The notes beneath the pieces were generated by a model that worked only from the letters and a program-made list of their open reading frames with translations, was not told where the DNA came from and made no database searches. The position numbers were made by a program, and so were the translations under genes. This document shows, one piece after another, positions 21,396 through 32,022 of a DNA stretch of 64,000 nucleotides. How positions within the stretch are numbered: the stretch's first letter is position 1; the number at the start of each line of letters is the position of its first letter. Origin of the DNA: an uncultured Veillonellaceae bacterium (GTDB lineage Bacteria > Bacillota > Negativicutes > JARBTT01); NCBI GenBank assembly GCA_963805085.1, contig CAWDTA010000005.1:320001-384000 (forward strand), read 5' to 3'.

Positions 21396-22589
21396 ATGGA
21401 ATTTTGGAAAAAAAATCTATTTGTATGCTGGTTTGGCTGTTTTGCCACTGCTGCAGGTCTAAGCCAGATAGCTCCGGTTTTACCTCTATATATTGAACAT
21501 TTGGGAGTACAAAATATTGAAGAAATCGAACAATGGTCTGGGATTGCATTTGGTGTTACCTTTATCGTTATGGCAATTGCTTCGCCAATTTGGGGGCAAG
21601 CTGCAGACAGATATGGGCGAAAACCCATGTTACTTCGTGCCAGCTTGGGAATGGCTATTGTTATAACTTGCATGGGATTTGTACAGAACGTTTATCAATT
21701 GGTTGGGTTGCGGCTAATACAAGGCGCCGTCTCAGGCTTTGTTTCCGCTGCCATAACTTTAATTGCAACCCAAGTGCCAAAAGAGCGTGCTGGATGGGCA
21801 TTAGGTACGCTTTCCACCGGAGCTGTTGGGGGCATGCTGTTAGGGCCGTTAATCGGTGGCTATCTCGCTGAAACATGGGGATTCCGCAGTGTCTTCTATG
21901 CTACCGGTACATTGCTAATGATCGCGTTTATGGCATCTTTTTTATTTGTACAAGAAGATTTCAAGCCCCCCACGAAAAATGTACTTTCTTTTCGTGAAGT
22001 TTGGAGTCTGATACCTAACCCTAGAATAATGATAACTATGTTTGTGACTACGTTTATCTTGCAACTGGCATTATTATCTATCGAACCGATTATCACAGTG
22101 TTTATCACTCAGTTGCATGTCACAAACCATGTTGCACTCATTTCCGGTATGGTTTTTGCTGCTTCCGGACTTGCCAATATGTTGGCAGCCCCGCAACTTG
22201 GGAAAGTATCTGATAAAATTGGTCCTCATAAGGTAATACTAGTGGCTCTTATTGCTGCGGGATTGCTATTTATTCCTCAAGCTTTTGTAACAAATCCTTG
22301 GCAATTGATGGGACTTCGTTTTTTGCTAGGAATAGCCGCAGCAGGCTTGTTGCCTTCTATTAATACTTTGATCATGAGTAATACACCGAAGTCTATTACT
22401 GGCCGATCTTTTGGCTACAACCAATCGGCCCAATTTTTAGGTTCCTTTGGTGGCTCGTTGCTAGGTGGTCAGACGGCGGCAACTTTTGGAATCCACTATG
22501 TATTCTTTGTCACTGGTTTCTTATTATTGCTCAACGCATTATGGGTTTATACAACACTATACAAGCAAGTATCACTGCAACATAAGTAG
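21396..22589 (+). CDS. MFS multidrug efflux transporter (MdtG/DHA1-like)
   Basis: WKKNLFVCWFG, SPIWGQAADRYGRKPMLLRA motif A, about 12 TMs. Confidence 0.92.
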   Translation: MEFWKKNLFVCWFGCFATAAGLSQIAPVLPLYIEHLGVQNIEEIEQWSGIAFGVTFIVMAIASPIWGQAADRYGRKPMLLRASLGMAIVITCMGFVQNVYQLVGLRLIQGAVSGFVSAAITLIATQVPKERAGWALGTLSTGAVGGMLLGPLIGGYLAETWGFRSVFYATGTLLMIAFMASFLFVQEDFKPPTKNVLSFREVWSLIPNPRIMITMFVTTFILQLALLSIEPIITVFITQLHVTNHVALISGMVFAASGLANMLAAPQLGKVSDKIGPHKVILVALIAAGLLFIPQAFVTNPWQLMGLRFLLGIAAAGLLPSINTLIMSNTPKSITGRSFGYNQSAQFLGSFGGSLLGGQTAATFGIHYVFFVTGFLLLLNALWVYTTLYKQVSLQHK

Positions 22590-22694
22590 TGGCTATTTTT
22601 ACTTAATCTATTTTTTTAACTCAAAAGAATTTCAAAAATTTATTTAGTAGAATCTAACACGTAAGGTAAATATTGATTATTAAAAAGAGAAAAG

Positions 22695-22955
22695 GTGGAA
22701 TATCTTATGAAAGATTTAACTAAAAAAATTATGATATTAGCAATGGTTGGTATGGTGCAAATCGGATTTAGTGCAGCTGTATCAGAGGCTTCATCATTGC
22801 AAAACTTTAATCAACACAAGGTTATACGTTTCGATGATCGGCATGATGGTCTACAAGACCCAAATGATCCTCAATTGAAACCACAGCCTCAACCTCGTCC
22901 AGAACAACCTCAGCTGCAACCGCAACCAGAGCAACCGCAGCCACAACCAGAGTAA
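22695..22955 (+). CDS. Small exported protein with Pro/Gln-rich tail
   Basis: Signal peptide ending SEAS; C-terminal PQPQPRPEQPQLQPQPEQPQPQPE. Confidence 0.65.
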   Translation: MEYLMKDLTKKIMILAMVGMVQIGFSAAVSEASSLQNFNQHKVIRFDDRHDGLQDPNDPQLKPQPQPRPEQPQLQPQPEQPQPQPE

Positions 22956-23067
22956 CCATGGAATCAAAACTAATTTAGTCAGTTTTTAGTTAAGTATTGG
23001 AGATTTCAGATACGAAGGTACCTTTGGAATTAATTGGACAAAAATTGGTTGGTTATAGATAAATGTA

Positions 23068-23096
23068 TTGCAATGCATAATCTCTTGATGTATAAT
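23068..23096 (+). promoter_or_regulatory. Probable sigma-A promoter for the anf leader
   Basis: TTGCAA-17 nt-TATAAT. Confidence 0.6.
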
Positions 23097-23141
23097 CAAA
23101 ATAAGTTAAGTTATTAACTTGTTTGTCAACTTTAGTGTAGA

Positions 23142-23199
23142 GTACAATGAAGTGCCGACTGGATACGCGTGTGCGTTCTGGTTGGCACTTATTTTTTTT
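23142..23199 (+). promoter_or_regulatory. ANTAR-like hexaloop hairpin overlapping an intrinsic terminator (attenuator 1)
   Basis: gtac-AATGAA-gtgc hairpin overlaps the 5' arm of terminator aagtgccgactgga...tctggttggcactt plus T8. Confidence 0.6.
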
Positions 23200-23430
23200 G
23201 TATGTGAGGTGAGTATAGTGTCGATTGATAGCGCCTTGATTATATCAGCATCAATGACAAGAAGTTTGACAGGAGTGCAGGTAGTGATATTGGGTGATGT
23301 TAAAGTAGATGCATCTTGGTCATATGGATAGATGAGAATTGAAGTTTCTAGTAAAAATTTTGTAATTGAGTAGTACCTATCTGTTTAGAGTATCAGTCGA
23401 CATTTTATAATCGGAAATAGTCATAACATG

Positions 23431-23700
23431 ATTCATGAGTATTCGTGGTACCCATGGATTAAAATAAAAACCTTCATGAGTATTCGTGGTACTCATAAAG
23501 GTTGTGAAGATCATAATTCCAGTGGTGCTAGGTTTATTTGTTGTACCCATTTTTTGTCTGCTACGATAGCTTCATCAGCATTTTAAGGGGGTGATTTTAT
23601 ACGCATAGAAAAACAAAAGGCTTCATGAGTATTCGTGGTACTCATGAAGCTAGGCAAATTATCTATTCCCAGTGGCACTAGGTTTATTCAATTTACCCAT
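23431..23700 (-). ncRNA. Putative tandem antisense structured RNA (two full units plus a third terminal hairpin)
   Basis: Three copies of ttcatgagtattcgtggtac(t/c)cat hairpin (23431, 23469, 23619); two copies of ccagtgg..ctaggtttatt.....tacccat (23519, 23669); G-U pairs and U-tracts favour the minus strand. Confidence 0.65.
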
Positions 23701-23705
23701 TGAAC

Positions 23706-23734
23706 ATTATAACACTTTGCTTTTCCTTTTTCAA
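23706..23734 (-). promoter_or_regulatory. sigma-A promoter (extended -10) driving the antisense RNA
   Basis: Minus strand TTGAAA-17 nt-TATAAT with TG one base upstream of -10; predicted start ~23700. Confidence 0.7.
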
Positions 23735-23786
23735 CAAAATAATAACAAAATTAAATGCTGGATAGGCTTGGTAAATAAGGCAATAG

Positions 23787-24671
<885 letters not shown>

Positions 24672-24705
24672 TTAAAAACAAGGAATAAGGGGGGAACGTG
24701 AAATT

Positions 24706-25032
24706 ATGATTATGGTTAGAGCAATTATTAGACCAGATAAAAAAGACGCGATTCTTTGCGAACTTTCCAGTGCTGGATTTAATGCTGCTACTGTTTATGA
24801 TGTTGTAGGTCGCGGTAAGCAAAGGGGGATTAAGTTTGGTGACGTTATATATGATGAAATTCCTAAAAGTCTGATTATGTTAGTGGTTAATGATGAAGAT
24901 AAAGATGATGTGCTAGATGTTATTCTTCAGCATGCGAAGGTCGGCGAAAACGGATCGTTTGGCGATGGAAAAATATTTGTAAGTTCTATTGATGAAGTCT
25001 ATACCGTTTCCAGTGGCACTGCTGGTCTATAA
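24706..25032 (+). CDS. nifI1: PII-like nitrogenase regulator NifI1 type
   Basis: DVVGRGKQRG..YDEIPK, GSFGDGKIFV; located between H and D genes. Confidence 0.88.
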   Translation: MIMVRAIIRPDKKDAILCELSSAGFNAATVYDVVGRGKQRGIKFGDVIYDEIPKSLIMLVVNDEDKDDVLDVILQHAKVGENGSFGDGKIFVSSIDEVYTVSSGTAGL

Positions 25033-25044
25033 GGAGGTGGCGTT

Positions 25045-25452
25045 ATGAAAGAAATTATAGCTGTAGTAAGGATGAATAAGGTCAGTGATACAAAAAGGGC
25101 ACTGATAGGAGTAGGTGCTGCTGGTTTAACTGCATTGAAGGTTATGGGACGCGGTAGATTGGTAGAAGACAAAACGGTAATTGCTGAACGTAGAAAAACT
25201 TTATTGGCACTCAGTCGTAACGATGAGCAAAATACAGAAAAAATTGTAACCGAATTTTTAGATGGTACGCGTTTATTTCCACGCAGAATGTTTACAGTTT
25301 TAGCGCATGATCAAGATGTGCCGAAAATTATCAAGGCCATAGTTGACGCCAATAAGACAGAGTATAAAGTTGGTGACGGAAAAATCTTTGTAGTACCTGT
25401 GATGGATGCTGTTCGAGTTAGAACTAAAGAATCTGGAGATACAGCCATATAG
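25045..25452 (+). CDS. nifI2: PII-like nitrogenase regulator NifI2 type
   Basis: MKEIIAVVRMNKV, VMGRGR, long T-loop, GDGKIFVVPV.DAVRVRT.E.G. Confidence 0.88.
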   Translation: MKEIIAVVRMNKVSDTKRALIGVGAAGLTALKVMGRGRLVEDKTVIAERRKTLLALSRNDEQNTEKIVTEFLDGTRLFPRRMFTVLAHDQDVPKIIKAIVDANKTEYKVGDGKIFVVPVMDAVRVRTKESGDTAI

Positions 25453-25474
25453 TGGGATTTAAAATAATCATTAA

Positions 25475-27070
<1,596 letters not shown>

Positions 27071-27086
27071 GAGGGATGATATAGTT

Positions 27087-27449
27087 ATGGGAAAAGTTAC
27101 AGAAGACACTATGGAAAATAAAGTAGAGCAACTAGTTGATTATATTATGAAATGGTGCCTGTGGCAGTTTCACTCCCGGGCATGGGATAGAGAAAAACAA
27201 AATGAGGGAATCCTTACAAAAACCAGCCAGCTACTCTGTGATGAACCTGTAGAACTACAAACTCCAGCGGACAAATGTTATTGGGTAGATGCTGTGGTAT
27301 TAGCTAAGGAATTCAAAGCTGGGTATCCGTGGCTTTGTGCGATGGATAAAGCGGACATAAAATTACTCATGCAGGCACTCAAAGACCGTTTGGACTATTT
27401 GACGATTACAGGGTCCCTTAATGAAGAACTGACTGACCCTAAGTATTAG
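27087..27449 (+). CDS. anfG: Fe-only nitrogenase delta chain
   Basis: [47 protein letters not shown]; ATG behind GGAGG. Confidence 0.95.
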   Translation: MGKVTEDTMENKVEQLVDYIMKWCLWQFHSRAWDREKQNEGILTKTSQLLCDEPVELQTPADKCYWVDAVVLAKEFKAGYPWLCAMDKADIKLLMQALKDRLDYLTITGSLNEELTDPKY

Positions 27450-27510
27450 AGATAAGAACTGTGCCGTCACGGCCGACGTTTAAAAAATAAATAGTAAAGG
27501 GAGTCATGCT

Positions 27511-28899
27511 ATGTCTTGTGAGATAAAAGAAAAGGAACGTGCCGGCATTATTAACCCGATATTTACATGCCAACCTGCGGGGGCGCAGTATGCCAGCATA
27601 GGAATCAAGGATTGTATTGCGATAGTTCATGGCGGACAGGGATGCGTTATGTTTGTCCGTCTACTCATCGCACAGCATTTGAAGGAAAATTTTGATATCG
27701 CATCTTCGTCCTTACATGAGGATGCTGCGGTGTTCGGTGCTGTCCATCGCGTTGAAGAAGCCGTAGATGTGCTTCTGATGCGGTATCCACATGTGAAAGT
27801 AATACCAGTCATTACAACATGCTCGACAGAAGTTATCGGTGATGATGTCGATGGTGTTATTCGGAAACTTAATAATGGACTATTGAAAGAAAAATATGCC
27901 GATCGTGAAGTGCATCTGATTCCCATTCACTGTCCTAGCTTTAAGGGAAGTCAAGTGACGGGATACGATGTCGCTCTAGAGGCTTTTGTACAGACTTTGG
28001 CGAAAAAAGATAAGCCAAACGGAAAGATTAACTTAATTACTGGCTGGGCCAATCCAGGGGACGTAACGGCACTCAAACACCTTCTGTCCGTAATGGAGGT
28101 AGAGACAACTGTACTTTTTGAAATTGAAAGTTTTGACTCTCCCCTCATGCCAGACGCCAGTGCCGTCTCTCATGGCAGCACGACGGTTGAGGATTTGATT
28201 GGAACAGCTGATGCCATCGGAACCATTGCACTAAATAAATATGAAGGTGGAAAAGCCGCTGAGTATCTTGAAAGCGAATTTGGCGTTCCAGCTATTATAG
28301 GACCAAGCCCTATCGGTATTCGCAATACGGATACCTTTTTGCAGAACCTGAAAAAAATGACAGGCAACCCAATTCCTCAGTCTTTAGTTCGTGAACGGGG
28401 AATTGCCATTGATGCGTTAACTGATCTTGTCCACATGTTTCTGGCAGATAAGAAAGTTGCTATCTATGGACATCCTGATCTGGTTGTCGGGCTGGCAGAA
28501 TTTTGTCTCGATTTGGAGATGAAACCAGTATTGTTGCTACTTGGTGATGACAACAAGACATACGTTGAAGATTCACGTATCAAGGATCTTCAAGAAAAAG
28601 TTGATTTTGACATGGAGATTATTACAAATGCTGATTTATGGGAACTAGAGGATCGGATAAAAAATAAGGGGTTGGAACTTGATCTGATTCTTGGTCATTC
28701 AAAGGGGCGATTCATTTCTATTGACAATAATATTCCTATGGTACGTGTTGGTTTCCCAACCTATGATCGTGCGGGATTATTCCGTCATCCTGTAGTCGGC
28801 TACGCAGGCGCGACATGGCTTGCTGAAACAATAGCAAATACGCTGTTCACCGACATGGAATACAAGAAAAATAAGGAATGGATTCTTAATGTTTGGTAA
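27511..28899 (+). CDS. anfK: Fe-only nitrogenase beta chain
   Basis: INPIFTCQPAGAQY, HGGQGCVMFVR, TTCSTEVIGDD, ends EWILNVW. Confidence 0.95.
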   Translation: MSCEIKEKERAGIINPIFTCQPAGAQYASIGIKDCIAIVHGGQGCVMFVRLLIAQHLKENFDIASSSLHEDAAVFGAVHRVEEAVDVLLMRYPHVKVIPVITTCSTEVIGDDVDGVIRKLNNGLLKEKYADREVHLIPIHCPSFKGSQVTGYDVALEAFVQTLAKKDKPNGKINLITGWANPGDVTALKHLLSVMEVETTVLFEIESFDSPLMPDASAVSHGSTTVEDLIGTADAIGTIALNKYEGGKAAEYLESEFGVPAIIGPSPIGIRNTDTFLQNLKKMTGNPIPQSLVRERGIAIDALTDLVHMFLADKKVAIYGHPDLVVGLAEFCLDLEMKPVLLLLGDDNKTYVEDSRIKDLQEKVDFDMEIITNADLWELEDRIKNKGLELDLILGHSKGRFISIDNNIPMVRVGFPTYDRAGLFRHPVVGYAGATWLAETIANTLFTDMEYKKNKEWILNVW

Positions 28900-28980
28900 T
28901 CGTTACTAGAAACATTTATTAGATTCTGCCAGTCCTCTTATCTGGTTCTGGCAGAATCATTTAAGAAGAGGGTATAAATA

Positions 28981-29361
28981 ATGATAGTAAATAAAACAAA
29001 TGAAGAATTTGAAGAAAATTATCGGTATGCAGAGGGGTTTCATCATAGAGCAGAACAGTTCTTACGTGAAGGGCAAAGCGCTAGTGTAGTGTTCAATGTG
29101 GCTGCAGTTGCGCTCGAACGATATCTTGTCGCGTTATGTGATTTGCATGGTGCAGAGCCGAGAAATCATAATTATGTCTGTCTTATGGAAACTATAGAAA
29201 AAATCATTGATTTTCCGCCGGTATTAAATGAGGAAATAAGGTCTTTGGATTTAATATTTGGTATCTGCTCTCTTGAAAATTATTATCATGGTACGCCTGC
29301 CTCAAACGATGCGGATCGAGTACTTTCAATGTGTAATGAAGTTCAAAAGTTTTTTGCTTAA
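28981..29361 (+). CDS. HEPN-like protein in anf cluster
   Basis: Helical 126 aa with ALERYLVAL...PRNHNY pattern reminiscent of HEPN fold. Confidence 0.55.
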   Translation: MIVNKTNEEFEENYRYAEGFHHRAEQFLREGQSASVVFNVAAVALERYLVALCDLHGAEPRNHNYVCLMETIEKIIDFPPVLNEEIRSLDLIFGICSLENYYHGTPASNDADRVLSMCNEVQKFFA

Positions 29362-29506
29362 ATAAGAGTTTTATTCCTTAGAATTGCTTGGGAAATAATA
29401 GAGATAATTTGTAGATTCAGTGTGTAAATATGGTGCAAAAATTTATAGAAAAATCAAGGTGAATAGGATGTTCAGTCATAACTGAACAAAAGGAGTTGAA
29501 TCAAAT

Positions 29507-30436
29507 ATGAAAAATGAATACTCTAAGAATATGGCACCAGTTTTTTCGAAAGAATTAGCAGAAACAACGGCTAAACACCCTTGCTATTCTTTTGATGCTC
29601 ATCATAAATTTGCTCGAATGCATTTGCCTGTGGCACCAAAATGTAATGCTAGCTGTAACTATTGTAATAGAAAGTATGACTGTGTAAATGAAAGTCGTCC
29701 TGGTGTAACCAGTGAAGTATTGACTCCCGAAATGAGCTTGGCAAAATTTATTAGGGTAAAAGAAGAAATACCTCACTTGAGTGTTGTCGGAATCGCTGGT
29801 CCGGGTGATGCTTTGGCAAATTGGCAATCTGTAAAAAGGAGTATTGAGTTCATAAAAAGAGAAGCACCAGATATGATATTTTGTTTATCGACGAATGGTT
29901 TGATGCTACCGCATTATAGTCAGAAAATTATTGACTTGGGAATTAAGCATGTAACGGTCACTGTAAATTGTTTGGAACCTACCATAGGGGCAAAAATCTA
30001 TCATCATATTAATTATCAAGATAAGTATTATGTGGGAAAAGTTGCAGCTGAAATTTTAATTAGAAATCAGTTGGAAGGAATCAAACTTTTGGCTGATGAA
30101 GGCGCCTTGGTAAAAGTTAATATTGTTATGATTAAGGGTGTCAATGATGGACATATAACGGATGTAGTAAAAAAAGTTAAGAGTTTGGGGGCTCTAATGA
30201 CAAATATCATGCCATTAATTCCAGCGCCAGGTAGCGTTTTTCATGATTTCCCGCAGACTAGCATGAAAGACGTAAATGCCATGCGGGATTTGTGTCAAAT
30301 TGATATTTCACAGATGCGCCACTGCCAGCAATGCAGGGCGGATGCTATCGGACTTTTGACAGAAGATCAATCTTATAAATATAGAAACACCACCAAGCCG
30401 GAAGTGAAAAAATGTAAATTGCGGGCTAGTGTGTAA
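29507..30436 (+). CDS. nifB: Nitrogenase cofactor biosynthesis radical SAM protein (no NifX-like domain)
   Basis: HPC, RMHLPVAPKCNASCNYCNRKYDCVNESRPG, GIAGPGD, STNG, HCQQCRADA. Confidence 0.95.
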   Translation: MKNEYSKNMAPVFSKELAETTAKHPCYSFDAHHKFARMHLPVAPKCNASCNYCNRKYDCVNESRPGVTSEVLTPEMSLAKFIRVKEEIPHLSVVGIAGPGDALANWQSVKRSIEFIKREAPDMIFCLSTNGLMLPHYSQKIIDLGIKHVTVTVNCLEPTIGAKIYHHINYQDKYYVGKVAAEILIRNQLEGIKLLADEGALVKVNIVMIKGVNDGHITDVVKKVKSLGALMTNIMPLIPAPGSVFHDFPQTSMKDVNAMRDLCQIDISQMRHCQQCRADAIGLLTEDQSYKYRNTTKPEVKKCKLRASV

Positions 30437-30535
30437 AAGGTTTACCTCATGTCTTTTATAAATTGCACGATGAAGAAGATCGCTCTGGACATAATAGCTT
30501 TGGTTATATATATTGTAACAATAATAAAATAGACA

Positions 30536-30600
30536 GCATAATGAAGTGCCAACTAGGTGATGCGCAAGTTCGCATTCATTTGGGTTGGTTTTTTTATTTT
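30536..30600 (+). promoter_or_regulatory. ANTAR-like hexaloop hairpin overlapping an intrinsic terminator (attenuator 2)
   Basis: gcat-AATGAA-gtgc hairpin then gccaactaggtgatgcg...cgcattcatttgggttggt plus T-run; same motif as 23142. Confidence 0.6.
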
Positions 30601-30648
30601 AAGAAGATAAGCAACCTAAGAACAGTGATGAAAGGATGGAAAAAAGAA

Positions 30649-31362
30649 ATGATACTTCACTATTTACAACATGTCCCCTTTGAAAATCCTGGAAGTATTC
30701 TAATGTGGGCAAAGGAAAATGGTCATAGCATAACAAATACGCAATTATATAAAAATGAAGCTTTCCCAACGCAGGATAAATTTGATTGGCTTGTGGTTAT
30801 GGGGGGGCCGATGAATATCTATGACGAAGAAAATTATCCGTGGCTTGTCGCTGAAAAGGTGTTCATAAAAGAAAGTATTGCAGCGGGGAAAGTGATTATC
30901 GGATTATGTCTCGGTGGGCAATTGATTGCTGATGTAATAGGTGGTAAGGTGACTCAAAATCCTCATAAGGAAATTGGTTGGTTTCCAATTCGTTTGAGTG
31001 ACGAAGCCAGAAAGTCACCATTGTTTTGCTTTTTCCCCGATCATCCAATTGTATTCCAGTGGCATGGTGATACATTTAGTGCCTTACCCGCAGACGCTAA
31101 ATGCATAGCAACAAGTGATGCTTGTAAGTATCAGGCCTTCATTTATAAAAATAGAGTATTTGGTTTTCAATATCACTTGGAAAATACATTATCGATTATC
31201 AATGGCCTCGTGGAGAATTGTAGGGATGAAATGGTTGCTGATATTTATGTGCAGACGCCAGAAGAGTTACTTGCGCATCCAGAGTATATTGAACAAGATA
31301 ATCAGTTGATGAATCGGTTCCTTACACAATTGGAAAAAATGTACAGAGAGGGTGGACTTTGA
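30649..31362 (+). CDS. Class I glutamine amidotransferase-like protein
   Basis: LQHVPFENPG, VMGGPMN, GLCLGGQL, QWHGD, GFQYHLE (Cys-His-Glu triad); ATG 30649. Confidence 0.9.
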   Translation: MILHYLQHVPFENPGSILMWAKENGHSITNTQLYKNEAFPTQDKFDWLVVMGGPMNIYDEENYPWLVAEKVFIKESIAAGKVIIGLCLGGQLIADVIGGKVTQNPHKEIGWFPIRLSDEARKSPLFCFFPDHPIVFQWHGDTFSALPADAKCIATSDACKYQAFIYKNRVFGFQYHLENTLSIINGLVENCRDEMVADIYVQTPEELLAHPEYIEQDNQLMNRFLTQLEKMYREGGL

Positions 31363-31895
31363 TGCAGAAGATTAGCTATACAAAGCGAAACTGTACAGAT
31401 CAGCAAAAAATAGAAGCGTTTATTTTGAAAGAAAGAAATGGCGTACTGGGAATGGTAGATGATATACTCCCGTACGCCGTTCCGATGAATTATGTATGGT
31501 ATAATGGTTCAATTTATTTTCATGGTATGGGATCTGGTAAAAAGGAAAATATTCTTTCTAAAAACCAGTCTGTTTGTTTTACTATATATAGAGAATATGG
31601 TACTGTGATTGACCCTGTACCATGTCATGCCGATACGTCATATATGAGTGTAATACTTTTTGGCAAGGCTGAAAAGGTGACTGACTATGAGGAGGCTGCT
31701 ATAGCTCTTCAGAAGTTGCTTGATAAATATATGCCAAAGTATTACAGCAATCCTTTAACCAGTACTTTGATTGAAAAGTATCGATCTTCACTTGATGGAA
31801 ATGCTGTCTCAGTTTATCGGTTAACACCTCAGGAAATGACGACTAAAGAGAACTCGGTGGAAGCTGGAGAACTGTTGAATTTGGAAACGCGGTAA
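31359..31895 (+). CDS. Pyridoxamine 5'-phosphate oxidase-like flavin-binding protein (Anf3-like)
   Basis: PYAVPMNY, IYFHGMGSGKK, PVPCHADTSYMSVILFG split-barrel features; coupled to GATase. Confidence 0.75.
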   Translation: MMQKISYTKRNCTDQQKIEAFILKERNGVLGMVDDILPYAVPMNYVWYNGSIYFHGMGSGKKENILSKNQSVCFTIYREYGTVIDPVPCHADTSYMSVILFGKAEKVTDYEEAAIALQKLLDKYMPKYYSNPLTSTLIEKYRSSLDGNAVSVYRLTPQEMTTKENSVEAGELLNLETR

Positions 31896-31945
31896 GCATA
31901 TAGATGCCTACCTCAATATTTGAGTAGATATTTTTTATAACAAGT

Positions 31946-31986
31946 AATGGCTGTCTCAAATTTTTTGATTTGAGACAGCCATTTTT
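31946..31986. terminator. Terminator between anf accessory genes and MCP
   Basis: aatggctgtctcaaat-loop-atttgagacagccatttt. Confidence 0.75.
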
Positions 31987-32022
31987 AATACAAAATTTTA
32001 CATGAAATGAAAGTATTAGACA

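Noticed and set aside
23119-23217. N-terminal part of the 70-aa ORF 23119..23331
   Set aside because: Reads through the attenuator hairpin and T-run with no RBS; only the GTG at 23218 has one.
23431-23700. CRISPR array, T-box or known riboswitch reading of the anf leader repeats
   Set aside because: Only three copies with very unequal spacing, the intervening sequences are themselves related, and there are no cas genes. GTGGTAC lacks T-box context and stem I. No match to the Moco, cobalamin or guanidine consensus as I remember them.
30463-30648. N-terminal extension of the GATase ORF
   Set aside because: Spans the attenuator; family similarity starts at the ATG at 30649.
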